Assembly (NCBI GenBank): GCA_016840085.1
Contig: JAEOTA010000022.1
Coordinates: 1-64,000, forward strand
DNA from: Promethearchaeota archaeon
GTDB lineage: Archaea; Asgardarchaeota; Lokiarchaeia; Sigyniarchaeales; SOKP01
Length of the DNA: 64,000 nucleotides
Direction: 5' to 3'
The position numbers and the translations under genes were made by a program. Below, one piece after another: positions 20,280 through 30,171 of this stretch. Below the pieces are notes generated by a model, which was given only the letters and a program-made list of their open reading frames with translations, made no database searches and was not told the origin of the DNA. The number at the start of each line of letters is the position of its first letter. The first letter of the stretch is position 1.

Positions 20280-20532
20280 TCTCAAAACTTTCATTCCTAT
20301 ATTCAAATTTTATTTTGTTTAAAAGAAATGAAGGAATTAATTTTTTTAATTAAAGTATCATCTTGAATTAACATAAACATAAATATGCAATTTAATCATT
20401 ATATCATATAATTTGTTAGAAATAGACAAAAATAGAATTAGAATTTTTTAACAATCAATAAATTATGGTCTATCTCATTCAAAAAAATGAATGAAGACAA
20501 AAAGAATTGGGTGATTTCATATTAGAACTGAA

Positions 20533-23301
20533 ATGGAGGTTCTCCGGAAATATGGTTACGACATTCTAGTTAATCATTTTGAACCTTTTTTAAGAAATTT
20601 CATAGTAAACATTGTATTATTAAAAAATTATAAGGATAATTGGAAAAAACAAATCCCAAAGCATATTGTAAGACGTTTAATTAAAGAAAGAAAGATAAAT
20701 TTTTCTAAAGTAAAGATTCATGAATTTTTTCAACAATTATTCTTCTCAGATTTAAAGAGTATTCTTATTTTTAGCGAAAATTATGAAAAATCAGAAGATC
20801 TTATAAAGGATTTGGAGAAAAATATGTTCATTTTATTAATGAATGAGTTAAATCGAATTAGACGTAAAGTTGCTCACGTTAAAGAAAATTTTTCTCAAAT
20901 AGATTTGGATAATATTAAAAATGACATTCGGAGTATATGTCGTGGTAAAGCGAGTGTTTCAATGATAGTTTTTATAGATAATGAAAAATATATTGAAAAT
21001 GTAAATTTAAAGTCAATAAAAATTGTGGATCAAGGAGATAAATGTAAGAATAATTTACCTGCTGCAGATTATGATTTAGATGGTGGTTTTGTTGGCAGGA
21101 ATAAAGAAATTAATGAAATTATCGAAAAAATTTACTCTGATTTAGATAGAATCATTACAATTAATGGTGCTGGTGGAGTAGGAAAAACTGCTTTAGCCTT
21201 AGAACTTACTAAATCGATATTAGATGATCCAGATAATCCTTTTGAGGCTATTATTTGGTTTAGTGCGAAAGAGGAGCGATTAACCGAAATTGAAATTGTT
21301 CCTATTGAACCTGACATTAAAGATTTAGAACAGTTAATAAATGACATTTTAGAAATAATTGATAAAAATGCATTTGAAAATTACCAACAAGTGAATGTTC
21401 CAATTGAATACTGTGTTGAGTTTTTATATAAAAGATTTCGAGAGCACAAATATTTGCTTATAATAGATAATCTTGAGACTATCCTAGAAAAAGAACATTT
21501 AATTAGATTTATTGAAGATGTGCCATGCAAAGTGCTAATAACAAGTCGAATGGGATTAGGAAGGCTTGAAAGACCAGTTACTTTAAAAGAGCTTGATGAA
21601 TCTGATGCATTATTATTATTTAAATATGTAGTAAAGGCCAGAGATATTCAGGATTTAATTAATTTAAACGATAAAAAAATTGTTAAATTAGTTAATAAAG
21701 TGAAAAGATATCCTTTAGCAATAAAGTGGTCGATTGGAAAATATCTTTTAGGTCAAAAAGTTGAAGAAGCATTTCCAAATAATTTACCAGGTGATAGTCT
21801 TATTGCCAAATTCAGTTTTGAACACATTTTCTCACTATTATCCGAAAATGACAAATTAGTACTTTATAGCATCATTGTGTGGAATGAATCTGTTTCTAAA
21901 GAAATGTTGAGATATCTCACAGAGTTGGATGATGAAGATTTAGATACAGCTATAAGAAATTTAATGTTAACGTCTTTCATTTATCTTGTTGATTTTAATA
22001 CAAAATATGCTATTTTAAGTCTTACAAGTGGATTTATAAATATAAAGTTAGACGAAAATAAAAAAATACGAGTAATACTCCAGAATAGAAAATATTATTT
22101 ATCAAAATTAATTGAAGGAGAAGAAAAACTAAGATCAAGTCGATATTCGCTAATAGATTCATTGGGTATAAAAACTCCTGAAGAAAAAATTGCATTTGAT
22201 TATATAAAAAAAGCAAAAGAGTTTTTCTTAATTAAGAATAATCTAAATGAATCTGAGAAATTATTTGAAACTGCTGTTAGCATTTCACCTGATTTGGGAT
22301 ATGTTTATGAAGAATTTTCCAAATTTGAGTTTTATAGAAAAAAAGATCATAATAAAGCAATTCAACTAGCAAAAAAGAGTATAGAAGTTGAACCTGAAAA
22401 TTTTCATCTTTGGCTTAATTATGGAATTATGCTAAGAAAGACTAATCAAGTAAAAGAAGCTATATTAATCTTAAAAAAAGCCTTAGAATTAAACCCAAAA
22501 TATATAACTACGGCATATCAACTAGCTCGGGCTTATACTTTTATAGGTGATTATAAAAAAGCAGATGAGTTATTAGAACAAGCACAAAACAAATCTAAAC
22601 TTCGCAATCAGAGACTTTATATTATCTCGTCAACAATAAGAATAGATAACTATATACGATGGGCTAAAGAACATTTATTTAATAAGAATTATGATAAAGC
22701 AATTAATTTATTGAATTACGCAGAAGGGTATGCTAATGATATCATCAATATTGATCCTAACGATGATTATATTCATTATTTTACAAGAGAATTACATTAT
22801 ACGTATGGCTTAATATATGAAACTAAAGGTGAATCTGATAATGCATTAAAATCCTTTGAAAATGCCGTGGCGGAAATTGCTAATAAGAGGGATATCGGAA
22901 ATCGTAAAAATCTTTTCGCAAGATCTTTCTATCGAATTGCAAAATTAAAAGAAAAAATAGGAGTTTTCAATATTCAAGAAATAATCGATTTTATTGATAA
23001 AGGATTAGCTGATTGTAAAAAGGATTCAAAAATATATAAAAAATTAAAAAAATTTAAAGTTCAAACTTTTAAATTAGATAAAGAACGTCTAATTGGAAAG
23101 ATTATTTATTTTAATCCAGATGAAGCATATGGTTTTATTAAAAGTAAAGAAGAAGAATATTTTTTTCATATAAGTGATTTTATAGAAAGGATTAATTCAA
23201 GTAGTTTAATTGATTCGAAAGGAAAAAAAGTTTCATTTAACGTTTTGAAGAAGCATGAGAATGGTAAAAAAGATATTGCTGTAAAAATTGATTTAATTTA
23301 A
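20533..23301 (+). CDS. Swt1-like HEPN + NB-ARC/STAND ATPase + TPR + cold-shock domain (Avs/NLR-like)
   Basis: FEPFLRNFI...RRKVAH; FVGRNKEI, GAGGVGKT, LLIIDNLE, VLITSR, YPLAI; TPRs; YFNPDEAYGFI...FFHISDF. Confidence 0.85.
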   Translation: MEVLRKYGYDILVNHFEPFLRNFIVNIVLLKNYKDNWKKQIPKHIVRRLIKERKINFSKVKIHEFFQQLFFSDLKSILIFSENYEKSEDLIKDLEKNMFILLMNELNRIRRKVAHVKENFSQIDLDNIKNDIRSICRGKASVSMIVFIDNEKYIENVNLKSIKIVDQGDKCKNNLPAADYDLDGGFVGRNKEINEIIEKIYSDLDRIITINGAGGVGKTALALELTKSILDDPDNPFEAIIWFSAKEERLTEIEIVPIEPDIKDLEQLINDILEIIDKNAFENYQQVNVPIEYCVEFLYKRFREHKYLLIIDNLETILEKEHLIRFIEDVPCKVLITSRMGLGRLERPVTLKELDESDALLLFKYVVKARDIQDLINLNDKKIVKLVNKVKRYPLAIKWSIGKYLLGQKVEEAFPNNLPGDSLIAKFSFEHIFSLLSENDKLVLYSIIVWNESVSKEMLRYLTELDDEDLDTAIRNLMLTSFIYLVDFNTKYAILSLTSGFINIKLDENKKIRVILQNRKYYLSKLIEGEEKLRSSRYSLIDSLGIKTPEEKIAFDYIKKAKEFFLIKNNLNESEKLFETAVSISPDLGYVYEEFSKFEFYRKKDHNKAIQLAKKSIEVEPENFHLWLNYGIMLRKTNQVKEAILILKKALELNPKYITTAYQLARAYTFIGDYKKADELLEQAQNKSKLRNQRLYIISSTIRIDNYIRWAKEHLFNKNYDKAINLLNYAEGYANDIINIDPNDDYIHYFTRELHYTYGLIYETKGESDNALKSFENAVAEIANKRDIGNRKNLFARSFYRIAKLKEKIGVFNIQEIIDFIDKGLADCKKDSKIYKKLKKFKVQTFKLDKERLIGKIIYFNPDEAYGFIKSKEEEYFFHISDFIERINSSSLIDSKGKKVSFNVLKKHENGKKDIAVKIDLI

Positions 23302-23557
23302 TTATCGAGTAATATATGCATTCTCATTAAATATATTTTCTATATCTATTCTAATAAGTATACAAGTAGGTCTACAGGATTTTATCGAAATGTGAAAAAA
23401 ATTATGCCTTGAGCTTTTTCCTCTACGTATTTTGATTAGACCGACTTTTATTTTAGGTATAAATATGTATATGTATCAATATTAATTTCCCAAGAAAAAT
23501 TCTAAAAAATAAGATATATGTATATTCTTGATATAGATATATTTGATAAAGATTGAA

Positions 23558-24385
23558 TTAAAATCTTGAAACATGTCGCGTTGAGATTTTTGGGTATTTC
23601 TTCTTTAGAATCTGAGATATTTCCTCTGAAAAATCGTATACTAATTGAAATAGATTTTCTTCATTAACTATTATTCCCAATTTATCTCTATATTTTACAA
23701 TTTTCTCCTCATCTTCTTTTTCGATTTGTGAAGGTAAATTCTCCAAATTGGAAAGAATTAAATCTAAATAAACAAAATCGCTAATAGCTTTTCTATCGTG
23801 GAATATTTCAATATTATATTTCTTACCTAAATTAATAATTTCATTCTTTAAACCAATATTAATGTTAATTGGGTCTATAGATTTGTCAAAATAGATGTAA
23901 ATAGTTTTATTTTGATCATTAAAGCCCCAATGTTCATTTAAATTCAGCCCCCTATGAGTAATCATTTTATCCCTGACATATTTTATCCTCAATTTAATCT
24001 TTCTTTCATATTTGAATATAAATTCTTTATATAAATTAAACCAAGAATCAGTATAAGGAGTTGTTTTTAAGCTTTTAACATGATCTTTAAAAGATCTTGA
24101 TTTTAAATTGTAATTAGATAAAAAAATTTGATTAATATATCTTATAAAATAATCGATATAGATTTTAGCAAATAGATATAAGGTTTTAATATCCAAAACA
24201 ATTGTTTCTAAATTAAAAGGAATGAATTTCCCCGTTCCAGAATATTTTGCTTCAATTTCCTTATTTTCTTTGATTCTGGTCAATAAAATTCGAAAGTAAG
24301 TAATAATTTGAATTAATACTCCTGCAGATTGAGATGCTTTTATATTATCGATTAATATTGGAATAGAAAACTCAAATTTACTCAT
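23558..24385 (-). CDS. HEPN-motif protein
   Basis: RDKMITH (R-x5-H); intact paralog of 3097..4029. Confidence 0.7.
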   Translation of the reverse strand: MSKFEFSIPILIDNIKASQSAGVLIQIITYFRILLTRIKENKEIEAKYSGTGKFIPFNLETIVLDIKTLYLFAKIYIDYFIRYINQIFLSNYNLKSRSFKDHVKSLKTTPYTDSWFNLYKEFIFKYERKIKLRIKYVRDKMITHRGLNLNEHWGFNDQNKTIYIYFDKSIDPININIGLKNEIINLGKKYNIEIFHDRKAISDFVYLDLILSNLENLPSQIEKEDEEKIVKYRDKLGIIVNEENLFQLVYDFSEEISQILKKKYPKISTRHVSRF

Positions 24386-24428
24386 TCTATCTCCTTAACT
24401 AATTCTAATTTTTATAAATAAATTTTCT

Positions 24429-24550
24429 AATTATTAATTCACTAAGAAAATCTAATAAAAACATAGAAAATTGAATATAAATATAATGGCAGATATATCT
24501 ATTGTGAAATCATAAATATGACTCAAAAAGAATTAGACAAATGGACAGGT
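24429..24550 (+). repeat. Duplicate of hsdM promoter region and first 11 codons
   Basis: Near-identical to 27364-27485; encodes MTQKELDKWTGEKC* versus HsdM MAQKELDKWTGRK. Confidence 0.9.
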
Positions 24551-24601
24551 GAAAAGTGTTAAGGTTGATTGTATTTTGTTATTTATTAAAAAAAAATATG
24601 T

Positions 24602-25657
24602 ATGTTAAGGATTATTAAAATGAAAAATTGGATTATTATTCATCATTTTTCAAGTTATCTTGAGCATAATGATTTAATTGGTATTCCTGCTAGGTTAGAT
24701 AAAGAAGCTAATGAATTAGTTCCAAAATATTCTGCAGCTGAAGAAATTCAAAATGGAGATCAATTTGCTTATTATTGTCCAGCCCCCAAAAAAGTTGTGA
24801 TCGGATTATTTGAGATAATTGATGGACCAGGAATATTTGCTGATGATTGGAATGATAGCATTCATTTTAGGATAAAACCAATTCTACCAGTAGACTTAGA
24901 TACTAACAGTGTACCTTACCATGATTTAGTAAATAACTTGAACTACTTTAAAGATAATGAAGGAAAAGTGTTAATTGGTCCTTCAGCCTCATTCAAATTA
25001 AAAGGAACGATAAAATCTATTGATAATGAAGACTTCAATAAGATCTTAAAGCTATATAAGAAAACTGAAATTATCCCTCAACCAGAAGATTCACTACATA
25101 TCAATATGATTAAAACAAGTCATCTCCAAGCTAACCAATTTCAATGTTATAGCTTTGTAGGCTCTCAAGAACGCAATCGAGTATATAATAATATCTCTGA
25201 TAATGAAGAGATATATGTTTCAGGTGCTACTATGGAAGATCTACCCTCGTGGTTATCTGACATAGGAAATCAATTAGGAACACAACAGCGCATACGTTAT
25301 ATTGATAATCTCTGGTTTTTTGAAGAATCACCCGGATTTTATGTACCATTTGCAGCAATTGAACATGAAAAAGATGCAAACTTAAGGGGTGTAATGGACC
25401 GTTTTACCGGGTTGAATAATACTTTAAATAGCAATAAGCACCTTAAAGAAATTAATCCATTATATTTTTTAGTCGCTAAAGATTCTACTCAAGCTTATTC
25501 CTATGAAAGGAAAATTAATGAACATGGAGAATGGAGACTTTTTAAAAGAGATCATAAGTTTTTCATCTTTTCAAAGCCTGAAATTGAAAATAGAACTCCA
25601 AAATACGTTCAAATCCTCACAGAGCACTTGAAATCGATACCGTATTATGAAGGATGA
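24602..25657 (+). CDS. EVE/PUA-like domain + PD-(D/E)XK-like nuclease (candidate modification-dependent restriction enzyme)
   Basis: WIIIH...EIQNGDQFAYY...VIGLFEI N-terminus; YIDNLWF...AAIEHE C-terminus; start may be 24620. Confidence 0.6.
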   Translation: MLRIIKMKNWIIIHHFSSYLEHNDLIGIPARLDKEANELVPKYSAAEEIQNGDQFAYYCPAPKKVVIGLFEIIDGPGIFADDWNDSIHFRIKPILPVDLDTNSVPYHDLVNNLNYFKDNEGKVLIGPSASFKLKGTIKSIDNEDFNKILKLYKKTEIIPQPEDSLHINMIKTSHLQANQFQCYSFVGSQERNRVYNNISDNEEIYVSGATMEDLPSWLSDIGNQLGTQQRIRYIDNLWFFEESPGFYVPFAAIEHEKDANLRGVMDRFTGLNNTLNSNKHLKEINPLYFLVAKDSTQAYSYERKINEHGEWRLFKRDHKFFIFSKPEIENRTPKYVQILTEHLKSIPYYEG

Positions 25658-25684
25658 AAATTAAAATTTTTTATTTGTATATAG

Positions 25685-27307
25685 ATGATTGATAAAGAGA
25701 TTTTATTAACTGAAGCAGATCCTAAATTTAAGGAATTCATGATTTCTGTTTTAGAGGAATTCGATCGTATTAGAACAAATCTACCAGGAATAGAAATAGG
25801 AAATAATCCTATTTCTCCTCATAATGAATATGTCATCCCTCCAAATTTATTTAGTGATTTTGGACAATTTGATATAGAAGAGTTTAACCCAAACGTAATA
25901 AATCAATTGAATGAATTATTACTAATAGATGAATTTCCTCTTCATATTTACTTTGATTTAGATTTTTCATATTATGGAATAAAAATTGTAAATTTTTATG
26001 ATAAGCTATTTGAAGAAACTTTTCTCATCTATTTATTCTGGAATTCTACCCTGCCTTTAAAAATATTATCAATGATAAATGAATTGCGAATGAGTTTTAA
26101 GTTAAAAAAAATGCCAATTAATATTCTAATTCCTTTAAAAGGATTTTATTTGCCAAGTAGAAAGGAAGATAATAATCATATGAGCAAAATCTATAATATT
26201 CAATTAAAAAAAATAGATGAAGCTACTCAAGTAGCGCTTAAGAATATCTCAAATTATTCTATAATAAATTTTCATTATAATGATAATGAAAACAAGATCC
26301 AATTTGTTTTTGAAGGAATTAATAAACAATTCTCAGAATTTTGTATTAATGCTAAAGGAAACACTGACTTTAAGCTACAGGAGTATGATCCAAGATATTC
26401 CTATTCATACCTATGGAGATATATCGAAGAAGTTGCTCAATCGTTAACTTTGGAAGGTACTTTACTAAGATTTGGTCAACCTTTTTATAATTTCCCTTGG
26501 TGGATTTCTAGTGAAACAAAAATAAGATTCGATTTCCATTACCCCGAGTGGATGAGTAATAAATTTATGAATAAAAATAATTATTCTGGATTAGTACCCG
26601 ATACAGAATCCTTTTCTACAACATTTTTCCGTCAAATGAGAAAATATTATGAAAAAGGAAAGCAATTATGGGAAAAAGATTTTATTATTAATTATGGGGC
26701 TCCACTGAACTCAGAGATGGAGTTTTTAAATGAGCTTCATTCAGATTCAAAATTTATATCTAATCCCGATAGAATCGTGTATCTTTTTAGAAATTTAAAT
26801 GATAACAAATCCACTATTAATTTTAAAAAAGATTTCTTCATTCTTGATAGATTTTTGAAATTAAGCCAAAGAGAAAAAATAGAAGACATTATTTTAGATG
26901 TTTGTATAATTTTAGAAACATTGTTATTATACAATATCCAGGATGAACTTTCTTATCGATTAAAGTTAAATGTTTCAAGTTTACTAGCTGAAAATGTCGA
27001 AGAATTCGACTTTTATTTTAATTTTTTCTCAGAATTGTATAAATATCGTAGTGCGATAATACATGGAAATCCAAAATTAACAAGAGGTTATAAAAATTTT
27101 GTTGAAAATACATATCCAAATCTATTAGAGAAGCTGGATATAAATAACGAAATCTCTAAGAATTTTATAAATAAAACAATACAGTATGATATATTCAAAA
27201 AGATATGCATGGTGTTTAATAAGTTAATAGATTCAAATATAGATTACCGTAATGATTTTAAAACAGATGGTTTTCTAAAAATATTTCTTAAAAAAGAACC
27301 AATTTAA
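25685..27307 (+). CDS. ApeA-like HEPN domain protein
   Basis: LETLL...ELSYRLKLNVS...LYKYRSAIIHG. Confidence 0.75.
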   Translation: MIDKEILLTEADPKFKEFMISVLEEFDRIRTNLPGIEIGNNPISPHNEYVIPPNLFSDFGQFDIEEFNPNVINQLNELLLIDEFPLHIYFDLDFSYYGIKIVNFYDKLFEETFLIYLFWNSTLPLKILSMINELRMSFKLKKMPINILIPLKGFYLPSRKEDNNHMSKIYNIQLKKIDEATQVALKNISNYSIINFHYNDNENKIQFVFEGINKQFSEFCINAKGNTDFKLQEYDPRYSYSYLWRYIEEVAQSLTLEGTLLRFGQPFYNFPWWISSETKIRFDFHYPEWMSNKFMNKNNYSGLVPDTESFSTTFFRQMRKYYEKGKQLWEKDFIINYGAPLNSEMEFLNELHSDSKFISNPDRIVYLFRNLNDNKSTINFKKDFFILDRFLKLSQREKIEDIILDVCIILETLLLYNIQDELSYRLKLNVSSLLAENVEEFDFYFNFFSELYKYRSAIIHGNPKLTRGYKNFVENTYPNLLEKLDINNEISKNFINKTIQYDIFKKICMVFNKLIDSNIDYRNDFKTDGFLKIFLKKEPI

Positions 27308-27452
27308 CTATAAGTTTTTTATATTCTTTCTTATAAAGAGCTTTATTTTTTTAATAATTTGGAAATTATTAATTCACTAAGAAAAGCTAATAAAAACATA
27401 GAAAATTGAATATAAATATAATGACTGATATATCTAGAGTGAGATCATAAAC

Positions 27453-28961
27453 ATGGCTCAAAAAGAATTAGACAAATGGACAGGTCGAAAAATGCCGAAA
27501 TTAACCCTTGATAAGTTAGAGTCTTTTTTATGGAATGCTGCGGATATACTACGCGGCAGTATTGATTCCTCAGAATATAAACATTATATTTTTGGATTGT
27601 TGTTTCTAAAGCGACTTTCGGATGAGTTTGATGAGGAACACGAACAAGTTGAAGGTGATCCTGAAGATCCCGATAACTATCAGTTTTTTGTGCCAGAACG
27701 AGCTCGATGGAAGAGTATTCGTAGAGTATCAGAGGGAATTGGAAATGCTATAGATAAAGCTTTTGAAGCGCTAGAAGAAAATAATCCTCTCTTAGAAGGT
27801 GTCTTAACACCAATTCAATTTCAAGACCCTAAGCGTTTACCAGATGCAGTATTGAATAAGCTTATTACGCATTTTAGCCAACCCGAGTTTAACCTTGCCA
27901 ACTCGAATTTAAGCGAACCAGATATGCTAGGAAGAGCTTATGAATATTTGATTAAACAGTTTGCCGATGATTCTGGTAAAAAAGGAGGTGAATTCTATAC
28001 TCCCCAGGGTGTTGTAAAACTTTTAGTCCGACTTTTAGATCCTCAAGAAGGAATGAGAATTTGCGACCCTGCATGCGGTAGTGGTGGAATGCTTATTGAA
28101 AGTTTTAATTATTTGAAAGAACAAGGAAAAAATCCTAATAATATTTCAATTTTTGGACAAGAAAAGAATTTAAACACTTGGGCTATTGCGAAAATGAATT
28201 TTTTGCTACATAATATTCTTGATCACAGAATTGAACATGGGGATACTATGGCAGATCCCAAATTAAAAGAAGATAATCTTTTAATGTTATTTGATATCGT
28301 CATCGCGAATCCTATGTGGAATCAAAAAGAATGGAATCGTGAATCATTTGAGCGAGGAGATCGTTATGGAAGAGCAAAGTATGGAATCCCTCCAAAAAGC
28401 TCTGGTGATTGGATGTGGGTACAACACATGTTAGCCACATTGAATAACAGGGGAAGATTGGGAATAGTATTGGACAATGGCGCATTATTTCGAGGTCAGA
28501 GTGAAGGAAAAGTAAGAAAGGCAATTGTGGAAGCAGATGTTATTGAAGGAATTGTTGCGTTACCCTCTAATCTTTTCTATAATACTGGGGCTCCAGGTTG
28601 TTTAATAATAATAAATAAGCAAAAATCAGAAGAATTGAAAAATAAAATATTTTTTATCCATGCTGAAACTGAGTTTGAAGAAGGAAAAGCACAGAATTTT
28701 CTGAAAGATAAACACATCCGAAAGATATCGAAAACTTATAGAAAAAAAGAGGAAATAGAGAAATTTTCAGCATTAATCGATCTTGAGGAAATACAAGAAA
28801 ATGATTATAATTTGAACGTTTCCCGTTATATTGATACTTTACCTGAAGAAGAACCCATTGACGTTACTGAATATAATACAGAACTACAGAAACTGCAAAC
28901 TGAACGATTAGAATTAGAAAAAGATTTTGAGAGAAATATAAGAGATTTAGGGTATAAATAA
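27453..28961 (+). CDS. hsdM: Type I RM methyltransferase subunit
   Basis: LWNAADILRG, GEFYTP, DPACGSGG, ANPMW. Confidence 0.95.
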   Translation: MAQKELDKWTGRKMPKLTLDKLESFLWNAADILRGSIDSSEYKHYIFGLLFLKRLSDEFDEEHEQVEGDPEDPDNYQFFVPERARWKSIRRVSEGIGNAIDKAFEALEENNPLLEGVLTPIQFQDPKRLPDAVLNKLITHFSQPEFNLANSNLSEPDMLGRAYEYLIKQFADDSGKKGGEFYTPQGVVKLLVRLLDPQEGMRICDPACGSGGMLIESFNYLKEQGKNPNNISIFGQEKNLNTWAIAKMNFLLHNILDHRIEHGDTMADPKLKEDNLLMLFDIVIANPMWNQKEWNRESFERGDRYGRAKYGIPPKSSGDWMWVQHMLATLNNRGRLGIVLDNGALFRGQSEGKVRKAIVEADVIEGIVALPSNLFYNTGAPGCLIIINKQKSEELKNKIFFIHAETEFEEGKAQNFLKDKHIRKISKTYRKKEEIEKFSALIDLEEIQENDYNLNVSRYIDTLPEEEPIDVTEYNTELQKLQTERLELEKDFERNIRDLGYK

Positions 28962-28974
28962 AAATTCAATAGCT

Positions 28975-30171
28975 ATGAAAAAAACTAAGATTGGTTTGAT
29001 ACCCGAAGATTGGGAATTTTCAAATATTGGAAATTACTGTGATGTAATCACCGGGGGTACTCCGAGCACAAAAATTGAGGAGTATTTTAATCCTCCCGAA
29101 ATTCCTTGGATGAGATCTGGTGAAATAAAAGGATATAAAATAAAATCAATTTCTACTTTTATATCAAAAAAAGGATTAGAAAATTCAGCAGCGAGAATTC
29201 TTCCAAGAAAATCTGTTGTTATAGCACTAGCAGGTCAAGGAAAAACTCGTGGAACTACCTCGCCACTGGAAATCAAAAGCTCTTGTAATCAGTCAGTTGC
29301 TTGTATGGTACCAAATGGAAAACTAAATTACATATTTTTACACTATCATCTTAGTCGTTTATATAAATATATTAGAAATATTACTGGAGATGTTGGTCGA
29401 GAAGGCTTAAATCTAAAGTTGATTAGAAAATTCCCTTTAATTTTACCCCCTTTAAATGAACAACAAAAAATTGCTACAATACTATCTAATGTAGATGATC
29501 TTATTCTTCAAACAGATAAAATAATCGAAAATTTACAAATATTAAAAAGAGGGCTGATGCAACGCCTCTTTACGGAAGGCCTCGGGCATACCGAATTTAA
29601 ACAGACGAGATTGGGGAAAATTCCAAAAGAATGGGAAATTAAGAAACTTGAAAATATATTGATTCTTGAGTACGGAAAAGGATTACCCAAAAGGAAGAGA
29701 CAGAATGGTCCTATCCCAGTTGTAGGTTCAAATGGCATAATTGATTATCATAATGAACATTTAGTTAATGGACCAGGGATTGTAATAGGAAGAAAAGGCT
29801 CTATGGGAAAAGTTTCTTGGATAAATGAGAATTTCTGGCCAATTGATACAACTTATTTTATTAAAATTATCGATAATAGCATAGATAAGAAATGGCTTTA
29901 TTACGCTTTAACAAATTTAAATTTAGAAAGATTAAGTTTAAGTGACGTAGTTCCAGGTTTAAATCGTGAATACGCGTATTCAAGGAATATTTTAATACCC
30001 AAATTATATGAACAAGAGCAAATTGTAAAAATTTTAGAAAATATAGATAAAATTATTGAAAATGAGCAAAATTATTTAAATAACTTAAAAAATACAAAAA
30101 AAGGTTTAATGCAAGAGCTCTTAACAGGTAAAAAAAGAGTAAAAATTAATCAAGATGAAGTGTTATTATGA
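28975..30171 (+). CDS. hsdS: Type I RM specificity subunit
   Basis: Two TRD-conserved repeats (IPEDW/IPKEW; PPLNEQQKIA; KRGLMQ/KKGLMQELLTG). Confidence 0.95.
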   Translation: MKKTKIGLIPEDWEFSNIGNYCDVITGGTPSTKIEEYFNPPEIPWMRSGEIKGYKIKSISTFISKKGLENSAARILPRKSVVIALAGQGKTRGTTSPLEIKSSCNQSVACMVPNGKLNYIFLHYHLSRLYKYIRNITGDVGREGLNLKLIRKFPLILPPLNEQQKIATILSNVDDLILQTDKIIENLQILKRGLMQRLFTEGLGHTEFKQTRLGKIPKEWEIKKLENILILEYGKGLPKRKRQNGPIPVVGSNGIIDYHNEHLVNGPGIVIGRKGSMGKVSWINENFWPIDTTYFIKIIDNSIDKKWLYYALTNLNLERLSLSDVVPGLNREYAYSRNILIPKLYEQEQIVKILENIDKIIENEQNYLNNLKNTKKGLMQELLTGKKRVKINQDEVLL

